A stretch of DNA of 64,000 bases, from assembly GCA_977017575.1 (NCBI GenBank), contig CDRNVI010000072.1, forward strand, positions 1-64,000, in the 5' to 3' direction. This DNA is from Paramoeba atlantica (taxonomy: Eukaryota > Protista > Discosea). Shown here one piece after another: positions 57,001 through 64,000 of this stretch. The stretch's first letter is position 1, and each line of letters begins with the position of its first letter. Position numbers and translations under genes: made by a program. Below the pieces are notes generated by a model. The model was not told the DNA's origin and made no database searches. It worked only from the letters and a program-made list of their open reading frames with translations.

Positions 57001-60000
57001 GGTAACACCATCGTTTTTGGTAAGACCATCGTTTTTTGTAAGACCATCGTTTTTGGTAAGACCATCGTTTTTGGTAAGACCATCGTTTTAATAAGCATCG
57101 TTTTTGGTAAGACCATCGTTTTTGGTAAACCATCGTTTTTCGTAAGACCATCGTTTTTTGTAAGACCATCGCTTTTGGTAAACCATCGTTTTTGGTAAGA
57201 TCATCGCTTTTGGTAAGACCATCGTTTTTGGTAAGACCATCGTTTTTGGTAACACCATCGTTTTTTGTAAGACCATCGTTTTTGGTAAACCATCGCTTTT
57301 GGTAAACCATCGTTTTTGGTAAGATCATCGCTTTTGGTAAGACCATCGTTTTTGGTAAGACCATCGTTTTTCGTAAGCCCATCGTTTTTTGCAAGACCAT
57401 CGTTTTTGGTAACACCATCGTTTTTTGTAAGACCATCGTTTTGGGTAACACCATCGTTTTTGGTGAGACCATCGTTTTTTGTAAGACCATCGCTTTTGGT
57501 AAATCATCGTTTTTGGTAAGATCATCGCTTTTGGTAAGACCATCGTTTTTGGTAAGACCATCGTTTTTCGTAAGCCCATCGTTTTTTGCAAGACCATCGT
57601 TTTTGGTAACACCATCGTTTTTTGTAAGACCATCGTTTTGGGTAACACCATCGTTTTTTGTAAGACCATCGTTTTTGGCAAGACCATCGGTTTTGGTAAG
57701 ACCATCGTTTTTGGTAAACCATAGTTTTTGATAAGACCATCGTTTTTGGTAAACCATGGTTTTTGATAAGACCATCGTTTTTGGTAAGACCATCGTTTTT
57801 GGTAAGACCATCGTTTTTGGTAACACCATCGTTTTTGGTAAGACCATCGTTTTTGGTAAGACCATCGTTTTAATAAGCATCGTTTTTGGTAAGACCATTC
57901 CTTTTGGTAACACCATCGTTTTTGGTAAGACCATCGTTTTTGGCAAGACCATCGGTTTTGGTAAGACCATCGTTTTTGGTAAACCATAGTTTTTGATAAG
58001 ACCATCGTTTTTGGTAAACCATCGTTTTTGATAAGACCATCGTTTTTGGTAAGACCATCGTTTTTGGTAAGACCATCGTTCTTGGTAACACCATCGTTTT
58101 TTGTAAGACCATCGTTTTTTGTAAGACCATCGTTTTTGGTAACACCATCGTTTTTAGTAAGCATCGTTTTTGGTAAGACCATCGTTTTTAGTAAGGATCG
58201 TTTTTGTTAAGACCATTCCTTTTGGTAACACCATCGTTTTTGGTAAGACCATCGTTTTTGGTAAGATGATCGTTTTTGGTAACACCATCGTTTTTGGTAA
58301 GACCATCGTTTTTTGTAAGACCATCGTTTTTGGTAAGACCATCGTTTTAATAAGCATCGTTTTTGGTAAGACCATCGTTTTTGGTAAACCATCGTTTTTC
58401 GTAAGACCATCGTTTTTTGTAAGACCATCGCTTTTGGTAAACCATCGTTTTTGGTAAGATCATCGCTTTTGGTAAGACCATCGTTTTTGGTAAGACCATC
58501 GTTTTTGGTAACACCATCGTTTTTTGTAAGACCATCGTTTTTGGTAAACCATCGTTTTTGGTAAGACCATCGTTTTTGGCAAGACCATCGGTTTTGGTAA
58601 GACCATCGTTTTTGGTAAACCATAGTTTTTGATAAAACCATCGTTTTTGGTAAACCATCGTTTTTGATAAGACCATCGTTTTTGGTAAGACCATCGTTTT
58701 TGGTAAGACCATCGTTTTTGGTAACACCATCGTTTTTTGTAAGACCATCGTTTTTGGTAAACCATCGTTTTTGGTAAGACCATCGTTTTTGGCAAGACCA
58801 TCGGTTTTGGTAAGACCATCGTTTTTGGTAAACCATAGTTTTTGATAAGACCATCGTTTTTGGTAAACCATCGTTTTTGGTAAGATCATCGCTTTTGTTA
58901 AGACCATCGCTTTTGGTAAGATCATCGCTTTTTGAAAGACTGTTTTTTGTAAGACCATCGTTTTTAGTAAGCCATCGTTTCTGGTGATATCATCGTTTTT
59001 GGTACGCCCATCGCTTTTGGCAAGATCATCGTTTTTGATAGGACTATTGCTTTTCGTAAGACCATCGTTTTTGGTAAGACCATCGTTTTTGGCAAGATCA
59101 TCGTTTTTGGTACGATCATCCTTTTTGGTAAGACTATTGCTTTTGGTAAGCCATCGTTATTCGTACTATCATCGTTTTTGGTAAGACCATCGCTTTTGGT
59201 AAGATCATCGCTTTTTGTAAGACCGTTTTTTGTAAGACCATCGTTTTTCGTAAGCCCATCGTTTTTTGCAAGACCATCGTTTTTGGCAAGACCATCGTTT
59301 TTGGTAACACCATCGTTTTTTGCAAGACCATCGTTTTTGGTAAGACCATCGTTTTTAGTAGGCATGGGTTTTGGTAAGACTATTGCTTTTGGTAAGACCA
59401 TCGTTTTTGGTAGGACGATCGTTTTTGGTAAGGCCATCGTTTTTGGTAAGACCATCGTTTTTTGTAACACCATCGTTTTTTGTAGGACCATCGTTTTCAG
59501 TAAGCATCGTTTTTGGTAAGACCATTGCCGTTGGGAAGCCATCGTTTTTGGTAAAGACATTGCTTTTGTGAAGCCATCGTTTCTGGTGCTATCATCGCTT
59601 TTGGCAAGATCATCGTTTTTGGTACGATCATCGTTTTTGGTAAGACTTTTGCTTTTCGTAAGCCATCGTTTTTGGTACTATCATCCTTTTTGGTAAGACC
59701 ATCGTTTGTGGTAAGAACATCCTTTTTGGTAAGACCATCGTTTTTGATAAGACCATCTTTTTTTGTAAGACTAACACCATCTTTTGTAAGACCATCGTTT
59801 TTGGTAGGACCATCGCTTTTTATATGAGCATCGTTTTTGGTACGACCATCGTTTTTGGTAACACCATCGTTTTTTGTAAGACCATCGTTTTTGGTAAACC
59901 ACCGTTTTTGGTACTATCATCCTTTTTGGTAAGACCATCGTTTTTGGTAAAACCATCGTTTTTGGTAAGACCATCGTTTTTGGTAAACCATCGTTTTTTG

Positions 60001-60413
60001 CAAGACCATCGTTTTTGGTAAGACCATCGTTTTTGGTAACACCAATCTTTTTTTGTAAGGGCATCGTTTTTGGTAAACCACCGTTTTTGGTACTATCATC
60101 CTTTTTGATAAGACCATTGTTTTTGGTAAACCATAGTTTTTGGTAAGACCATCGTTTTTGGTAAAACCATCGTTTTTGGTAAGACCATCGTTTTTGGTAA
60201 GCCCATCGTTTTTGGTAAACCATAGTTTTTGGTAAGACCATCGTTTTTGGTAAAACCATCGTTTTTGGTAAGACCATCGTTTTTGGTAAGCCCATCGTTT
60301 TTGGTAAGACAATCGTTTTTGGTAAAACCAACGCTTTTTATAAGACCATCGTTTTTGGTAAGACCATTGCTGTTGAGAAGCCATCGTTTTTCGTAACATC
60401 ATCTTTTTTGGTA
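54050..60413. repeat. 18-bp satellite (GGTAAGACCATCGTTTTT) with 17/19-bp variants and higher-order duplications
   Basis: ~350 monomers by length; homogeneous core ~54230-58900, diverged edges. Confidence 0.98.
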
Positions 60414-60441
60414 GGCCGCTGTGAACACACAATCGACGGAA

Positions 60442-60504
60442 GCGTCCATACCCAAGTGGTTAAGGGGCCTGACTTGAAATCAGGTGTGTTCTCACGCGCA
60501 GGTT
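60442..60504 (+). pseudogene. 3'-truncated tRNA-Ser(TGA)
   Basis: Identical to the 61748 copy up to GGTT, then rearranged. Confidence 0.9.
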
Positions 60505-61747
60505 GACGCGTAGGATGTGTTCTCACGCGCAGGATGAAAGTCACGCTCAGGAAAAGTGTACCGCTTTTTAGAGCATCCTATCTCAAAATTCAAAATGACG
60601 TCAGATTTACCTCTTTCCGCCTGCACGGTGAAGGGGCGTTTTCAAAAATCTCTGGACGCGACGTTTGCATGACTTCCGTGCATGGCGTGCGTCGATTGCG
60701 AAACGCCGAACCAGCAAGCTACATCTCCTGAGTGGTCGTGCTTCGAGCGATATTTTCTGTAGAGATAGAGTTTTTCCGTTAGTGAGTATGATTGCGAATC
60801 AAAACGTGGGTTTCGCCAGTCCACTTTTTGTCCGTTCTTCCCTGAACCAAATCTTAAAAAATTTTAACCCTTTCTACTTGATGAGTGTTCTGAGCGCTCG
60901 TGGTTTGCTCTGATATTTGCTTTGGGCACTATTTTCACATGATTTCACTGATACTATAAGCCTTCCCCTCTTCTAACGCAAGAATTTGTTGTCATCGGAC
61001 ATTATTTTAGTCAAACCAATGCTTGATTGCACAAGCTTCCTGCATCTCAAGGGGGGGTGGTTGTATTTCTCTATACTTCTTTTACATTTCACCTGCTCTT
61101 CCAAGCAACAGAATCGCAGGGCGCGCGCGTACTGTAATAGTGTGGTGGAAAAACGTCGGTTTCACACGAAACTCGCATCCACCGTGCGACCCCATTCCGT
61201 GGAGAATGATCTTTGTCTTCTTCGATACCACTGATTCCGTTAGATGCACAGGGCGTGATTTCACGTGCATCGAACAATTCCGCTAGATGTTTTACTTGGG
61301 GCAAGGCAGGGCAGCACATGAACAATGAAAACAGGACGCACAATGGCGCGGAAAACCTTCCACGTGACACCTTCCGAAACACGTTCTGCACAATCCAGGT
61401 ATAAAACAACGAATTTCTTCGCCCGGCCGTTGCAAAGACCCACCCCTTCCCGATAGATTTCGTAGCTCTGTTCAAAACGTGAACGCATCGTGCTCAACCT
61501 CTCTTCCCGACTATGTCATCGCCAAAATTATATGTGTCACTTCTTGGTCGTTCGCACGGGCACACTCAAACCACCATTGCATTCATCAATGCGACCTACG
61601 GTGGTGGATGTCGCCTTGCTTGGGGGGGGGGGGGGGCTGTAAGGATCGTTCAGCGAGGGAAATCGTGGAGTTTCCATTATGACATGAAAAAGCAAGGTAA
61701 AGTGCACCGCTATGAACGCACAAAACTCGAGACACACCACGACGGAA

Positions 61748-61828
61748 GCGTCCATACCCAAGTGGTTAAGGGGCCTGACTTGAAATCAGGTGTGTTCTCA
61801 CGCGCAGGTTCGAACCCTGCTGGGCGCG
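61748..61828 (+). tRNA. tRNA-Ser(TGA)
   Basis: Acceptor GCGTCCA/TGGGCGC, CCTGA-CTTGAAA-TCAGG, long variable arm, GTTCGAACC, T5 terminator. Confidence 0.95.
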
Positions 61829-63224
61829 TTTTTCCGATTCTCTTCGTTCACAAGCGTGTGGCCGCTTTTGGGCGCGCGGGAGAGACGCAACGTGAATCGC
61901 AGAAGCAATGGTACATTTTAGTGTATTTTCTTTGCTGAAATGAAGTCTTTTTGTCCTGTGTAGCAGATGACGTTTTGGCGGCAGAAACGGTGAATGAGTA
62001 GATGGCCGTGCGCGTGTCGAATGAAAAAGCCCGAAAAGTGTACCGCTTTTTAGCGCATCCTATCTCAAAATTCAAAATGACCTCAGATTTACCTCTTTCC
62101 GCCTGCACGGTGAAGGGGGGTTTTCAAATATCTCTGGACGCGACGTTTGCATGACTTCCGTGCATGGCGTGCGTCGATTGCTAAACGCCGAACCAGCAAG
62201 CTACATCTCCTGAGTGGTCGTGCTTCGAGCGATATTTTCTGTAGAGATAGAGTTTTTCCGTTAGTCAGTATGATTGCGAATCAAAACGTGGGTTTCGCCA
62301 GTCCACTTTTTGTCCGTTCTTCCCTGAACCAAATCTTAAAAAATTTTAACCCTTTCTACTTGATGAGTGTTCTGAGCGCTCGTGGTTTGCTCTGATATTT
62401 GCTTTGGGCACTATTTTCACATGATTTCACTGATACTATAAGCCTTCCCCTCTTCTAACGCAAGAATTTGTTGTCATCGGACATTATTTTAGTCAAACCA
62501 ATGCTTGATTGCACAAGCTTCCTGCATCTCAAGGGGGGGCGGTTGTATTTCTCTATACTTCTTTTACATTTCACCTGCTCTTCCAAGCAACAGAATCGCA
62601 GGGCGCGCGCGTACTGTAATAGTGTGGTGGAAAAACGTCGGTTTCACACGAAACTCGCATCCACCGTGCGACCCCATTCCGTGGAGAATGATCTTTGTCT
62701 TCTTCGATCCCACTGATTCCGTTAGATGCACAGGGCGTGATTTCACGTGCATCGAACAATTCCGCTAGATGTTTTACTTGGGGCAAGGCAGGGCAGCACA
62801 TGAACAATGAAAACAGGACGCACAATGGCGCGGAACACCTTCCACGTGACACCTTCCGAAACACGTTCTGCACAATCCAGGTATAAAACAACGAATTTCT
62901 TCGCCCGGCCGTTGCAAAGACCCACCCCTTCCCGATAGATTTCGTAGCTCTGTTCAAAACGTGAACGCATCGTGCTCAACCTCTCTTCCCGACTATGTCA
63001 TCGCCAAAATTGTATGTGTCACTTCTTGGTCGTTCGCACGGGCACACTCAAACCACCATTGCATTCATCAATGCGACCTACGGTGGTGAATGTCGCCTTG
63101 CTTGGGGGGGGGGCTGTAAGGATCGTTCAGCGAGGGAAATCGTGGAGTTTCCATTATCACATGAAAAAGCAAGGTAAAGTGCACCGCTATGAACGCACAA
63201 AACTCGAGACACACCACGACGGAA

Positions 63225-63305
63225 GCGTCCATACCCAAGTGGTTAAGGGGACTGACTTGAAATCAGGTGTGTTCTCACGCGCAGGTTCGAACCCTGCTGG
63301 GCGCG
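63225..63305 (+). tRNA. tRNA-Ser(TGA), C-to-A change at the top of the anticodon stem
   Basis: Same as the 61748 copy except GGGGACTGA vs GGGCCTGA. Confidence 0.85.
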
Positions 63306-64000
63306 TTTTTCCGATTCTCTTCGTTCACAAGCGTGTGGCCGCTTTTGGGCGCGCGGGAGAGACGCAACGTGAATCGCAGAAGCAATGGTACATTTTAGGG
63401 TATTTTCTTTGCTGAAATGAAGTCTTTTTGTCCTGTGTAGCAGATGACGTTTTGGCGGCAGAAACGGTGAATGAGTAGATGGCCGTGCGCGTGTCGAATG
63501 AAAAAGCCCGAAAAGTGTACCGCTTTTTAGCGCATCCTATCTCAAAATTCAAAATGACCTCAGATTTACCTCTTTCCGCCTGCACGGTGAAGGGGGGTTT
63601 TCAAATATCTCTGGACGCGACGTTTGCATGACTTCCGTGCATGGCGTGCGTCGATTGCGAAACGCCGAACCAGCAAGCTACATCTCCTGAGTGGTCGTGC
63701 TTCGAGCGATATTTTCTGTAGAGATAGAGTTTTTCCGCTAGTCAGTATGATTGCGAATCAAAACGTGGGTTTCGCCAGTCCACTTTTTGTCCGTTCTTCC
63801 CTGAACCAAATCTTAAAAAATTTTAACCCTTTCTACTTGATGAGTGTTCTGAGCGCTCGTGGTTTGCTCTGATATTTGCTTTGGGCACTATTTTCACATG
63901 ATTTCACTGATACTATAAGCCTTCCCCTCTTCTAACGCAAGAATTTGTTGTCATCGGACATTATTTTAGTCAAACCAATGCTTGATTGCACAAGCTTCCT

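Larger units (their letters stand above)
60420..64000. repeat. Tandem array of ~1.48-kb units, each with a tRNA-Ser gene; runs off the window
   Basis: Matching sequence recurs at offsets 1482 and 1477. Confidence 0.97.

Noticed and set aside
54050-60413. Long ORFs (MVLPKT/QKRWSY/TKNDGL/VRPSFL repeats)
   Set aside because: By-product of an 18-bp monomer that is stop-free in five frames; 17/19-bp variants shift frames freely
61748-61828. tRNA-Sec or opal suppressor
   Set aside because: Anticodon is TGA (reads Ser UCA), not TCA; normal 7-bp acceptor stem
60534-63872. Repeated small ORFs in the 1.48-kb units
   Set aside because: Short, overlapping in several frames, no recognisable domain; identity reflects tandem duplication
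60420-64000. SL-RNA, 5S, U6 or C/D snoRNA genes in the tandem unit (TTTCTGTA, AATTTTGG, TGATGA..CTGA seen)
   Set aside because: Motifs too short or wrongly spaced and no recognisable guide or exon; needs cmscan

Overview
Eukaryotic nuclear DNA, most likely a euglenozoan/kinetoplastid (inference). Support: a spliced-leader-like 38-mer, intronless host genes all on the + strand, Pol III tRNA genes with T-run terminators, and CRE-type and Merlin elements. About 1-29 kb and 43-54 kb are a nested transposon graveyard. It holds decayed Harbinger, pogo-like (DD35D/DD36D/DD43D), Merlin and an unexpected bacterial-type IS30 transposase; CRE-, RTE- and HERO-like non-LTR fragments; many TA-flanked MITEs; and two unrelated non-autonomous families sharing a Helitron2/HINE-like end architecture. 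A co-oriented gene block at 24-49 kb has at least 8 members of a 22-aa-LRR family with a conserved KVRG/PH.SW/C.W.GV.C N-terminus, plus ISD11, a SAP protein, a PIP5K and a hypothetical ORF. The window ends with a 6.4-kb 18-bp satellite with higher-order structure that abuts a ~1.48-kb tandem array of tRNA-Ser(TGA) genes. Most small ORFs in the track are spurious. All calls come from reading the sequence by eye; no searches were run.
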